A stretch of DNA of 64,000 nt from Scenedesmus sp. PABB004 (lineage: Eukaryota): contig JABVCE010000010.1 in NCBI GenBank assembly GCA_014905635.1, positions 1,116,001 through 1,180,000 on the forward strand, read 5' to 3'. Shown here in pieces: positions 31,162 through 42,781 of this stretch; positions within the stretch are counted from its first letter, which is position 1, and every line of letters starts with the position of its first letter. The translations under genes and the position numbers were made by a program. The notes under the pieces are model-generated. The model was not told where the DNA came from. It worked only from the letters and a program-made list of their open reading frames with translations, and searched no databases.

Positions 31162-31967
31162 GGCGCCCGAGCGCGCGCCCCCGTGGCGCGTGCGCGCGCG
31201 GCGGTTGCGGCGGTCGCTGGCGCTGCTCGCCGCGCTGCGCTGCAGGCGGGCGGTTGCTGCGCACGTCCGGCGTGCGGGGGGCCCGGTGCGCCACGGTCGG
31301 CCGAGTGCGCGGGGCCTGTGTCGCGGCTCAGCCGGTGCCGGGCGCGGCCATTGCAGCTGCGATTGTGGCGCCTCACAACCACGCGGCGCGGGCGAGGGCA
31401 CTGGGGGAGCGCGTGCCGTTGCGCGTGCTGCTCTGTCGCGGGCGGCTCCGGCGTTGCCGGCGAGTGCCACGTTTGAACTGCGACGGCGGTTCAGGCCAGA
31501 CCTCGCAGCTTTGGCTGCACGCTATCTGCTGCCCGCCGGCGCTGGGCGAGAGCGGTTCACCCCACTGACAGCTTCGGGGGCGGGCGCGGGGCGTCGCTTC
31601 CGCTTGTTGACACGGCGGCGCCGCGCGCGGCTGCGTCGGCGACGCAACCGCCCTCCCTGCCCGGCCACAGGGGCCAGACGCTCAAACTAAGTGTGTGTCG
31701 TCAGCGCCAGCGATCTCCTCCAACATCCTGCCAACGCGCGCAACCCCTGCTCGAGTGAGTGTACAGGCCTCCCCGTCCGCCTCCGTCCGATGCAGCCGCC
31801 GCCCCTCGGATACCCCAAGTTGAATGCCCAGGCTCAATGCACGTACATGTGCCGCGCGCGCGGCTCAGCAGCAACTGGCGCAGCGCCACGCGCGGCCTGC
31901 TCCCCGCGAGGGCGGGGAGGCGCGTGGCGGGGCCTGAGGGGCCCGCCGCCCAACACCGCCCTCGCCG

Positions 31968-34396
31968 TCACCGCCCCAGCTGCTGCTGGAGCAGCAGCTC
32001 TTGTTGTTGCTGCTGCTGCTGCTGCGGCTGCTGCTGCACCAGGGCTGGCGCCAGCGGCAGCGGCTGCCGCAGGCCCAGCGACAGCGGCATGCCCAGCGGC
32101 AGCTGCTGAGTCAGACCAAGCTGCTGCGACAGACCGAGCGGCAGCTGCTGCGACAGACCGAGCGGCAGCTGCTGGGACAGGCCAAGCTGCTGGGACAGGC
32201 CAAGCTGCTGGGACAGGCCAAGCTGCTGCGACAGGCCAAGCTGCTGCGACAGCCCAAGCTGCGCCACCGGCGGCAGCCCGAGCTGCACCCCCAGCTGGGC
32301 GCCGCACGCGTCCCCCGGCGCCAGCGACGCAAGGAGTGCCACCGTCTGCGCGTCCTCCGCCCGCGGGTCGGCCAGCGCCTGCAGCTGGCCGGCCTGCGGC
32401 AGCTGCCACGGCGAGGCCGCCGCCTGCAGCGCCGCCGGCAGCAGGGCGGGGCCGCCGAGCTGCTGCTGCTGGTCAAGCTGGGGGAGCCCCGGCTGCAGCG
32501 CCGCCGGCAGCAGGAACGGCATCAGCAGCGACGCTTGCGGCGGTGCCGCGGGCGGCTCCTGCCGCAACAACAGGTGCTGGTGCGGGCCGCCGCCGCCCAG
32601 GTGGAGCTGCTGCAGCAGCTGCAGCGACTGCAACGGCAGCAGCAGCTGCGCCTGCGCCGCCTGCAGCGCGGCCCGCTGGCTGTCGTGCGCCTGCTGCGTC
32701 GCCAGCTGTGCCTGCAGCGCCAACTGCAGCGCAGCGAGCTGCGCCTGCTGGTGCTGCTTTTGCTGCACAGCGGCCGAGGCGGCGGCGGCGGCCGCCGCCG
32801 CCGCCGCCGCCGCCGCGCCTGCGGGCCGCATGCACGCCTCGCTCGCCTGCGCGCACACCTGGTGCACCTCCAGCAGGCAGCCCTGCCGCAGGCGCAGCAG
32901 CTCTGGGCCGCACACCGCCAGTGAGTACAGGACCGCCTCGAGCTGGTCCGCCACCCTGTCGGGCGAGTGGGCGCGCGCCGTGGCGAGCCCCGCCGCGGCC
33001 AGCCGCGCGCGCAGCGCGGCGTCGCGCAGCAGCGTCACGAGGTGCTGCGCCAGGCCTGCGCGGGCTCGCGGCGGCGCGGTCGGCGGTCGGCGGTCGGCGG
33101 TCGGCGCGCTGCGCGTCGCCGAGCACGTGCGCGCGTGTGCGCGCGCGTGCGTGCACGCGCACGCGCGCCGCACCCGCCGCGTCATCGGCCGGCGCGACGA
33201 GGCAGTTGACGCCGTGCTGGCAGAACGTGCGCACGCCGAGGCAGTCGGTCGTGACGACGGGCACGCCGCTCGCCATGGCCTCGAGCACGGGCAGGCCCCA
33301 CGCCTCGTAGCGGCTCGTGAACAGCAGCGCGTCGTGGCCGCGGAAGAGCCCGGGCAGCTCCGCCTGGGCGGGGCTGACCACGAGCTCCAGCTCAAAGTTG
33401 ACGAGCGCGAGGTTGGGCACGGCCGCCGCGCTCGGCGGGACCTGGCAGAGCCAGCGCACGCGCAGCGGCGTCGCCGCCGCCGCGGCCGCGAGCGCGGCGA
33501 CCGCGGTGGCAAAGCCCTTGAGCGGCAGCGCCGGGTTGCCGACCAGCAGCACGCGCGCCGCGCCGCCCCCGGCGCCGGCCGGGGCCAGGCCCGGGCCCGG
33601 CGGCCGTGGCGGCGGCGGCACGCCGTCGTCGTCAGCGCCGGCCCCTGCGGGCGCGGCCGCGGGTGCGGCTGCGCCGCCGGGGTCCGCCGCCGCCGCCGCT
33701 GGCGGCGCGGCTGGCGGCAGGGCGTCCAGCTCCATCGCGAGCGCCGCGCCGCCACCGCTGCTGCCGGCGCCGCCGCCGCTGCTGCCGGCGCTGCGGCCGC
33801 CGGTCGCCGGCTGCCACGGCCCCGCGGTGAAGCGCTCGCAGTCGATGCCGTTGGGGATGAGCAGCGGCGCGCGGCCAAACTCCTGCGCCAGGATGTCGCG
33901 CACCGCGCCGCTGACCGCTGCGAGCGCGCTGCACGCGGGCGCGCGGCGGCGCGCGGGGTGGGGCGGGCGGCGCGGCGCAGGGGGGCGGGGGCTGCGCCAC
34001 GGCCGAGCGGCCGGCAGCACAAGCGCCGCGCAGCGCGCGCGCGGCCGCACCAGGGCAGGCGCATTACGGCGTGGAAGAGCTGGTCCTGCTTTTGATAGTT
34101 CTGGGCCACCTGCGACGCGCGGCGGCGGCGGCCGCGGCGGGGGGCTCGCGCGGCGGCGGGCGCGCCGCGGGCGCGCGCGCCGCGCGGCCGCGCCCACCTC
34201 CCTCCGCAGCCACGCGCGGCGCCGCGCACCTGGCGGCGCACGGGGTCGCCGAAGAGCCACTCGTGCCCCTGCTCCCAGTAGAGCACCGGCGCCGCGACGC
34301 CCGCGAGCAGCTCCGCGACCTGCGGCGGCGCGCGGCGCGCGGCAGCTGTTGCGGCAGCGTCCGCAGCAGCGTCCGCGGCAGCTGTCGGGGCTGCGC

Positions 34397-34427
<31 letters not shown>

Positions 34428-35304
34428 GGGCCGGGCAGGCGCGGCGGCGGCGCATGGGGCGCCTCGCCTGGTGGAAGATGCCCACGACGACGACGTCGAT
34501 CGCCTCCACGGCATACACGTCGGCGAGGCGCTGGTGCAGCGAGCACACGACGTCCACGTCCGCCTCGACGGCCGTCCACGGCGGCATCGCGCTGCGGGCG
34601 CGCGCGCGCGCGCGCGCGCGACACACGCTCGGCGGCCGCCAAGCGTGCCTGGCGCCGGCGGGCGCGGCGGCGCGGCGCGGGCGGTTCGCGGCGCCGGCGC
34701 AGGCGGCGCACCGCGTCGCGGAGTCGCTGCGGTGCACGGCGATGGTCGTGTGCCCCCGCGCGCGCAGTAGGCGGATGTGCTCCACCAGGCACTTCATTCC
34801 GCCGGTCGTGTTGTGATGCGGCAGCATGTACGCGACGCGCAGGCGCCGGCGCGGCGCGAGCGCGCGCGCGCCCAGCGCCGCGTGCGCGCGCGCCATCAGC
34901 GCGTCTGCGCGCGGCGGCGGCGGCGGCGGCGTGTGGTGGGGGCGGCGGCGGCGTGACGGGGGCGGCGGCGGCGTGGTGGGGGCGGCGGCGGCGTGACGGG
35001 GGCGGCGGCGGCGTGGTGGGGGCGGCGGCGGCGTGACGGGGGCGGCGGCGGCGTGGTGGGGGCGGCGGCGGCGTGACGGGGCGGCGGCGGCGACGGCGCG
35101 GCGCGGCGCGGGCCCTGCAGCAGCGGTTGCGGCCCGCGCCCGTGCCGCACCGACGGCGTCGGCGGGGCGCGCGCCCCAGCTCCCACGCGGAGGGCATCCA
35201 CAGCCGGGATAGTGCAGGGTCGCGTTGCCGAAGGGCAGCACGCCCGCCGCGCCGGCGCTGCTGCCGAGCGCCGCGGCGCCGCTGGGCTGCGCGGCGCCGT
35301 CCAT
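31968..35304 (-). CDS. GT-B fold glycosyltransferase (GT4 / Glycos_transf_1) with Gln/Leu-rich C-terminal tail
   Basis: LRVAYMLPHHNTTGGMKCLVEHIRLLRARGH, AVSGAVRDIL, LIPNGIDCERF, VGNPALPLKGF, FTSRYEAWGLPVLEAMASGVPVVTT (E-x7-E motif). Confidence 0.9.
32101..32260 (-). repeat. Coding tandem repeat of 18/24-bp units encoding (QQLGLS)n
   Basis: Repeated CCAAGCTGCTG(C/G)GACAGG on the plus strand, translating to QLGLSQQLGLSQ...QQLPLGLSQ. Confidence 0.9.
34933..35080. repeat. 20-bp intronic minisatellite with two strictly alternating variants
   Basis: GGCGGCGGCGGCGTG(AC/GT)GGG units alternate AC, GT, AC, GT... in intron 1 of the GT4 gene. Confidence 0.92.
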
Positions 35305-35597
35305 GTCGCCCGCCGGGGCGTCAGGTCGACGCCAGCGGGGTCAGCGGGCCGGCATTGTGCCCCCCCGGCGCCAGGGCGGGCACGCCAGGCTGGGCGCAGC
35401 CCGGCGGCGGCGCCATGCTCCTCGCCGTACACCCCGCAGCGCAGCGAGCGTGCGCGCCAGTGCTACGACTGAGCGGTGCCGGGGAGAGGCGCTGCGGGCC
35501 CAGGCGGTCGCCGCGGTTGAACGAAACCGCCCAGCGCGGCGCGGCGCCGCCGCGCGCGTCGCTCGCAAGTTGCGCGCGAGCTCCCCCTGCCCCAGCA

Positions 35598-37237
35598 CTA
35601 CGTCCCAGCGCCCGCCGGCGAGGGCGCCTCGTCGCTGTCGGCGGCGCGCCAGTGCACGTCGAGCCCGGGGCGCGCGGCGCGCGCCGCCGCCAGCGCTGCC
35701 TCGAAGCCCTCCTCCTGGAGGCCCGGGTTGGCGCCCAGCTCCAGCGTCGCCAGCGCCGGCAGCACCGCGGGCGCGGACGCGAGGCCCCCGAGCAGCGGCG
35801 CCAGCTGCGCCAGCCCGAGGCCGCAGCCGGCAAGCGAGAGCTCGCGCAGCGCGGCAAACCCGCCGCCGGCGGCGCACTCGGCTAGCGCGCCGCCGCCGCT
35901 GCCGCCGAGGTCGACGCCAAACAGGCTCAGCCCGGCCAAGCCCGGGAGCGACGCGAGCGCGCGCACGCCGGCCGCGCCCGCGCCGCTGTGCGCGAGGCCG
36001 AGCGCGAGCGGCGGCGCGGCGCCGCCGGGCCCGGCCGCCGCTGCCGCCGCGGCGGCGGCCGCCGCGAGGCCTGCCGCGAGGCCGCACACCGCGCCGTCGT
36101 CGATCGACGGGTTGCCCCCGAGCCCCAGCTGCGCCAGCGGCGGGCGCGCGCGGCGCGCCAGCGCGCCCGCGAGCGCGGCGGCGCCGGCGCCGCCGAGGCC
36201 GTTGGCGTCGAGGTCCAGCTGCTGCAGCGCCACAGCGTCCGGCAGGCCCTCTGCCAGGCCCTGGACGCCTGGGGGCGGCGGCGGCGGCGGCGGGTGGCCG
36301 GCGGCGTTGCCACTCCACGCGCTGCCCCGCTCCTGCCCGCAGCCGCCGCCGCGTCTGCCGCACCCGCGTCGCCGAGCTGCGCTGCCTGCAGCCGGAGCAC
36401 CGTCAGCTGCGTGGCCACGCGCAGCAGCGCCGCCAGGCCGCCCCCTGCCGCCGGGCCCAGCGCGTTGTGCGAGAGGTCCAGGTGCCGCAGCCGGCCCACG
36501 CCCGGCGCCGCGGCGAGCGTCGCCGCCGCCGCGTCGGAGCGCAGCCCGCAGTCGGCGAGCTCCAGGCGTCGCAACGCGGCCCAGGGCGCAGCGCACAGCG
36601 CGGCGAGACCCGCCGGGCCCAGCTCGTTGCGCGAGAGCTGCACAAGCTCCAGCGCCGGGTGCGCCGCCAGCACCTCCGCGACTGGGGCGGCGCTCGCGTG
36701 GGACAGGCCTTTTGCCTCCAGGTCCCACTCGGCCAGCGAGCTGTTGGCGGCCAGGCCTTGGGCGAGCGCGGCAAGCGCGGCGTCGCCGAGCGCGCGGTTG
36801 CCGACGCACAGGCGGCGGAGGCCGGCGTTGCGCGCGAGCGCGGCACCGAGCGCGGCCGCCTGGCGGACGCTGAGGGCGTGGCTGGCGATGACGAGCTCGG
36901 CCAGGACGTTGTTGCGCTCCAGCGCAGCCGCAAATGCATCGGCGTCCTGCGCGGGAGTGCGGCGGCCGGCGCCGCGCGCGCTCGCCTGGGCGCGTCCCTT
37001 AAGCAGGCGGGCGCGCGCTGCTCCTGCTCCCCAACATCCAAGCCCCCCTCTGCTGCTGGGCGGTCCGCGCGGGGGGCCGGCTGCCGCGGCCCCCGCGCGC
37101 GGCGGCGACCGCCTCACCTCGTCGTTGAAACGGCGGTGGCGCAGCAGCGTGAGGCTGCGCAGCGCGCCGTCGTTGGCCGCCAGGCGCTGCGCAAGGTCGT
37201 CCACGCCCACCGCGCCGGCCGGCCGGCCCCACACCAT
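35598..37237 (-). CDS. RNI-like leucine-rich repeat protein
   Basis: Repeats LRRLCVGNRALGDAA, LELVQLSRNELGPAG, LRHLDLSHNALGPAA, LQQLDLDANGLGGAG, LAQLGLGGNPSIDDG, LATLELGANPGLQEEG; 2 introns. Confidence 0.85.
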
Positions 37238-37698
37238 CGCCGCGACCGGCGTGGGCTGCCGACCGCCGCCGCTGCTGCGCCGCCCGGGCTCAGGGCACGC
37301 CCAGGCCTGGCTGACACAGTCCCGGCCTCCTGCACGCGACTCTCCAGCACGCCCCTGCTGACCAGGCCGCGGCGGCGCCTCGCTGCGCGTGGCGGGCGCA
37401 GACGGCGGCGGCGCTGTGTGGCGGGCGCCGGGGCCCCGTGGGGCGCTAGTGGTGCTCGGGCGGGAGCGGGGCGTGTGGAGAGCGCCAGGGCGAGGGGCGC
37501 GCGTGGGCGGCGGCGGGCCGGCGGCTCGTGTGTGACGGCCGTGGCGACCAGCGGCGGTGCAGCTGGCCGCAAGCCGCTGCCCCCGGCCCCCGGCGCTCGC
37601 TTGACAGCGTGCGGCTGTTAGCAGTGTGGAACTCCCGCGCTGCTCGTTCGCAGGCCACCGCAGTGGCGCAGCGACCGGCGGCCGCGCGTAGGCCTCCA

Positions 37699-40541
37699 AT
37701 GCTGCTCCGGCGGGCTGTCTCCGGGCGTTCCGGGGTGGGCTGCCAACAAAAGAGCCAATGCGCTCGGGCGCAGCGCCTGCGGCAGCGCTGCAGCGGCAGC
37801 AGCAGCAGCGGCGCGCAGCAAGCCGGCGCTGCGGCAGCAGAGGAGCAGGCCGCGGGCGCGGCGGCGCCGTGCGCGCCCAGCAGCGGCATCATGTGGTCGT
37901 CGCACGTCTCGCGGCGCATCAACGCGGACCTGGCGATCGAGGAGGCGGTCGCGGGCGCGCTCGCGGCGGCGCCGCCCGGCTGCGCGCCCGAGCTGGCGAT
38001 TGTGTTTGTCTCGTCGGCGTACGTCGCCGAATACGGCGACATCGTCGCGCTCCTGCGCAAGCGCCTGCCGTCGCTGCGCCACGTGTTTGGCTCGAGCGTG
38101 AGCGCGCGGGGCGCTGCGGGGCGGCCAGCTGCGTGCGGCGCGGCCGCGCGGCGCGCGCGAGGCGCTCGCCGCTCCGCCGCTCCGCCGCCGCCGCCGGCGC
38201 CGCAGGGCTACGGCGTGATTGGCACAACCGCGGAGGGGCCGGAGGAGATTGAGCACGCGCCCGCGCTCAGCGTCACGCTCGCGCGCCTGCCGGGCGTGCG
38301 CGTGCGCGTGCGCCACGTCGACGCGCAGCAGCTGCCCGACGGGGGTGCGCGCCGCGGCTCGCGCCGCCGCCCGGCGGCCCCCGCCGCGTCGCGCCCGCCA
38401 CCACGCCGCGCCGTGCTGCGCCAGACGGTGGCGCCGCCGCCGCGCCGCAGACGCGCCGCCGCAGCGCTGGGCGGACCTCGTCGGCGTGGCGCTGCCGGGC
38501 GAGCCCGGTGCCCAGGAGGCCGACGCGCAGGCGCCCGCCGGGCAGCAGCAGCAGCAGGCGCAGCAGGCGCAGCAGGCGCAGCAGCCGCCGCAGCAGGCGC
38601 AGCAGCCGCCTCCGCCGCCGCAGCAGGCGCGGCAGGAGCACACAAACTTCATCATCCTGGCCGACCCTGAGTTTGCCCCCAGGTCATGGAGCTCACTGCG
38701 GGTCTCGATTACGCGTTTCCGGCCTCGGAGAAGATCGGTGCGCGGCGCTGGGAGCGAGCAGCCGGGGGCGGCCGCCAGCAGCGCGCCGGCGCGGGGGCAG
38801 CGCGGCGCGCGCGCTCGCGGGCGGCCCGGCTGACGCCGCCGCGCCGCGCAGGCGGGCTGACCAGCGCGGGCAAGCTCAACCCGGCGCGGGTGATGTTTGC
38901 GTGGAGCGCAGAGTACGAGGAGCTGCTGCAGCAGCAGCAGCAGCAGCAGCGGCAGCAGCAGGGCGAGCCGCAGCAGCAGCAGCCGCAGCAGCAGGAGCAG
39001 CCGCAGCAGCAGCAGCCGCAGCAGCAGGAGCAGCCGCAGCAGCAGCAGCCGCAGCAGCAGGAGCAGCCGCAGCAGCAGCAGCCGCAGCAGCAGGAGCAGC
39101 CGCAGCAGTGGCAGCCGCAGCAGCCGCCATTCCTGCGCACGGGGGCGGTGGTGATGGCGCTGCAGGGCCCAGTCGAAATGGAGCTCATCGTTGCTCAGGC
39201 GAGCGCCGAGCCGCGCCGAGCCGCGCCGAGCCGCGCCGAGCCGCGCCGAGCCGCGCCGAGCCGCGCCGAGCCGCGCCGAGCCGCGCCGAGCCGCGCTGAG
39301 CTGCGCCGAGCCGCGCCGAGCTGCGCCGAGCCGCGCCGAGCCGCGCCGAGCTCACCGCTCACCGCCCGCGCGCGCGTGCCGCCCCGCCGCCGCCGCCAGG
39401 GCTGCCGGCCGCTCAGCCCGGCAGTCTACACGGTCGAGCGCGTGGCGCAGGGCGGCATCGTGCTGGCGCTGCGGGACGAGGCGACGGGGCGCAGCCTGAG
39501 CCCCGTCGAGGCGCTGCAGCAGGAGCTCAAGCAGGCGCGCAGCGCGGAGAGGCGCGCGGATGCGTCGCGCACGCGCTCCACCGCCGCCGCCCCCGCCAAC
39601 GACGCAAGCCGTCGCCCGCGCGTGCCCCGCTGCCGCGCCCCGCGCAGGTCGCGTCAGGGCGGCCCGAGCTGCTCGCGCTGCTGCGCAACATCGCGGTGGG
39701 GCTGGTGCCGCAGGTGCGCGCGGCCCGCTGGCGCTGCGCCGCGCCGCGTCGCCGGCGCCTGCGTTCACGCAGCCGCCGCCGCCGCCTCGCCGCCGCCGCG
39801 CGCGCAGGTGCTGCGCAGCGCCGGGAGCGAGCCGGCGCCGCACCAGTACCTCATCCGCGGCGTCGCCCTGGACAGGGCGGGCTTTGCGGCGGTGGGCGAC
39901 GCCGTGCGCGTGGGCCAGCACCTCCGATTCATGGTGCGCGCCGCTGCGGCGGAGCGGGACCAAGCAGGGCAGAAGAGGCTGGGCCGGGGCGTGCCGCCCG
40001 CGCCGCCGCGCGACGGCGCCGCCGCCGCCGCCGCCGCGCAGGTGCGCGACCGCGCCGGCGCGCAGCAGGACCTCGCGGGGCACTGCCTCGCGCACAAGCG
40101 CCGCTCGCTCGCGGCGGCGCTCGGCGGCGGCGGCGGCGGCGGCGGCGCCGTTTGGGCTGCTGGTCTTCAGCTGCAACGGCCGCGGCATGAACCTTTATGA
40201 CGAGCCCAGCTTTGACGCCCGCACGCTCGTCAGCTACATCCCGGTGCCCGTCGCCGGCTTCCTCTGCAACGGTGAGCGCCGCGCCGCGCCGCGCGGGGCG
40301 GCAGAGCTGCTTGGGACAGCGCGCAGCGCGCAGCCGCGCCGCGCGCCAGCGCGGCCGCCAGACGCGCGGCGCGGGCTGCGCCCGCCGCGCAGGCGAGATC
40401 GGCACGGTCGGGGGCGCGACGCACCTGCACGGCTTCACGTGCGCGACTGCGGTGCTGCACGCGAGCGGCGGCGGTGCTGGCACTGGCGGCGGTGGCGGCG
40501 GCGGCGCGGACGGCGGCGCAGCCGGCAGCGACGGTCGGTGA
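37699..40541 (+). CDS. FIST domain protein (FIST_N + FIST_C), probably organelle-targeted; two apparent frameshifts
   Basis: PELAIVFVSSAY, GYGVIGT...EEIEHAPALSVTLARLPG, FIILADP, GLDYAFPASEKI|GGL, LIVAQ|GCRPLS, YLIRGV, VRVGQHLRFM|VRD, GLLVFSCNGRGMNLY, PVAGFLCN|GEIGTVGGATHLHGFT. Confidence 0.88.
38928..39126 (+). repeat. Coding polyQ / 33-bp repeat (QQQQPQQQEQP)n
   Basis: CAG-rich tandem array within a FIST exon. Confidence 0.9.
39203..39351. repeat. 10-bp intronic satellite (CCGCGCCGAG)n, about 15 copies
   Basis: Visible directly after the GC donor at 39199. Confidence 0.92.
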
Positions 40542-40677
40542 GCCGCTCACCGCGGCGGCGCTCGCTCGAGTAACACCGACGCCGGCCGCGCCTGCCGTGT
40601 CGCTGTCAGGGCTTTGCCAGCCAAACCCTCTCTCTCCCCGTCGCGCCCGGCGTGTCGCAGCCGGCGCGCGCCGCCGC

Positions 40678-42294
40678 TCACGTGTAAATTCCGCTGCGGC
40701 TGCTGCGCCTCTTCGCGTGCAGCAGCCCGCCGCGTTTCCGCTCGCCCGCGCCGCCGCCCTCCTCCAGCAGCGCCCACGGCACGCGCCCGGGGAAGGGCTG
40801 GCCCTTGGGGGAGCAGTACTTGAGCAGCTCGGCCATCGCGGGGCAGCGGCTCGGGTGCGGCGGCCCCACCGCAAAGGGGTCGCGCCGCGCCTTCTTGGCC
40901 AGCAGCGCGCCCGAGCAGCCAAACGGGTCGCGCTGGAACGCCGCGACCGTGGCGGCCTCGCCCTGCGCGCGCGGCGGCGGCGGGCGCGCGGCGCGTCGGC
41001 GGCGCGGGCGGCCGCGGCTCGCAGGCCGGCCGCGCCCCGCGTGCGCGCGCGCACCGCCGCCGCGCCCGTGGCCTCCGCCGGCACGGGCGTCCCCAGGAAG
41101 GTGAAGGCCGCGGCCGGGAAGCGCACGGCGGCGCGATGGAGCTGCTCGAAGCGCTGCTGCTTGAGGCTGTAGCTCACGGCCGTGATGCGCGCCGGGTAGT
41201 GCCCCGTGAGCTCGAAGAAGCGGCACAGGCTGAACAGCACGTTCTCAAAGCTGTCCCGCGCGTGCTCCTGCGCGCGGGCGCCAGCGCGCGGCGCGGCGGG
41301 CGATATCTGGTTGACGCGCCGCCGGCGGCGGCGGTGGCGCGGCGCCGCAACCGCCCCCGCCGGCGGCCGGCGCGCACACCTCTGTGAACGCGCGCATGCG
41401 CACGTCGGTGAGGCCGAACCAGCCCGCCGCCTCGGCGACCATCCAATAGCTGAGCCCCTCGGAGCGCGGCCCCGCGGCCTGGCGCGTCTGGCCGCCGCTG
41501 AAGAGCAGCAGCGCCGACGGGTCGGCCGCCGCGGTCTCGATGCCGAGCTTTATGTGGTCCAGGAGCGTCTGCGCCTGGCCCGGCACCTGCGCGGCGCGGG
41601 GCGCGTGGGCGCGTGCGGGGCGCGTGCGGGGCGCGTGGGCGCGCGCGGGCCGCATCTCGCCGGCGCCGCCGCCGCCGCGCGCGGCTCGTCCTGCCGCCGC
41701 AGCCGCAGCGCCCGCGCCGCAGCGCCGCAGCGTCCGCGCCTGCTGGTACGCCTCGAGGAACCAGCTGCTCTCCTTGGTCGCGAGCGCGTAGTCGACGCCG
41801 GTGTACACGGCGTGCCCGGCGACGAGCACGAGGTGCGTCAGCTGCGGCGCGGGGTAGCCCGCCGCCGGCGCCTCCACCGCGCCGTCCGCGGCGTCGGCGC
41901 CGTCGCCGCCGCGGTCGCCCCGGTCCAGCGGGGCGCCGCCGTCGGCGCGGATGAGGCGCACCTGTGGCGCGCGGCGCGGCGCGGCGCGGCGGCGCCCGGA
42001 CCCCTCGGTCCCCTGCGACGCGCCGCTGGCGGCGCCCCGGCCTCGCCCTGCAGCCGGACGGGCAGCACCGCCCACCTGCAAGACCAGCACGCCCAGCAGC
42101 AGCAGGCCAAAGCACGCCAGCAGCGCGTGGCGCACGAGCCGCGCCGCCGCGCCGCCGCCCCCGCCGCCGGCGCGCGGGCGCTTGGGCGGGCTGGCGAAGA
42201 AGCCCGACCGGCTGCGTGTGATGGAGGACAGGCCCGAACCGGGGTGGGCGCCGGCGGTCCACAGCGGCAGGCCGCCCTGCGCAGGCGGTGCCAT
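40678..42294 (-). CDS. DUF218/YdcF-like protein (yeast YOR238W-like family) with N-terminal membrane anchor
   Basis: HLVLVAGHAVY, WFLEAYQQ, LLLFSGGQTR...RSEGLSYW, TE|EHARDSFENVLFSLCRFFELTGHYP, KQQRFEQLHRAAVRFP, FQRDPFGC, RRDPF. Confidence 0.85.
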
Positions 42295-42781
42295 CCGCTG
42301 CTGCCGCGCTCAGCGCCGCCGCCGTGCCGCCGCCGCGCGGGGGCGGCGCATCCGGGCGAGTTGCGAGCTGGCTCTGGCACTGGCTGCTGGTCCTGGTGGG
42401 GGAGGCGGCCGAGCGACCCGGTGGGTGCGCTGCAGCAGCGTGCGCGGTGTGCGCGGCGTGCGGCGCCGGCGTGGCTGGTGGTGTGGGGGACGGCGGCGTG
42501 TGCGTGGGCGGGCTGTGGGCGCGTGCCGCTCTTGAGGGCGCCACCGGGCGGCGGCCGCCCGCGCGTGTCGGCGGCGACCGCCGAACCGCTGCGAACGGGC
42601 CAGGGCTCCAGCTCCGCAGCCGTCACGGCTCGCTGTCCCACGCTCTGCTGACCGCAAACGCACGGCGCAGGCGCCACCGCCCCCCGCATCAGACCGCAGG
42701 CGCGGCAGTCGACGCCGCGCGGCGGCCGCCCCGCGCCGGCCGCGCCCAGGGGGCTCGCGGAGGGCCCGCGGCACGGCCGGC

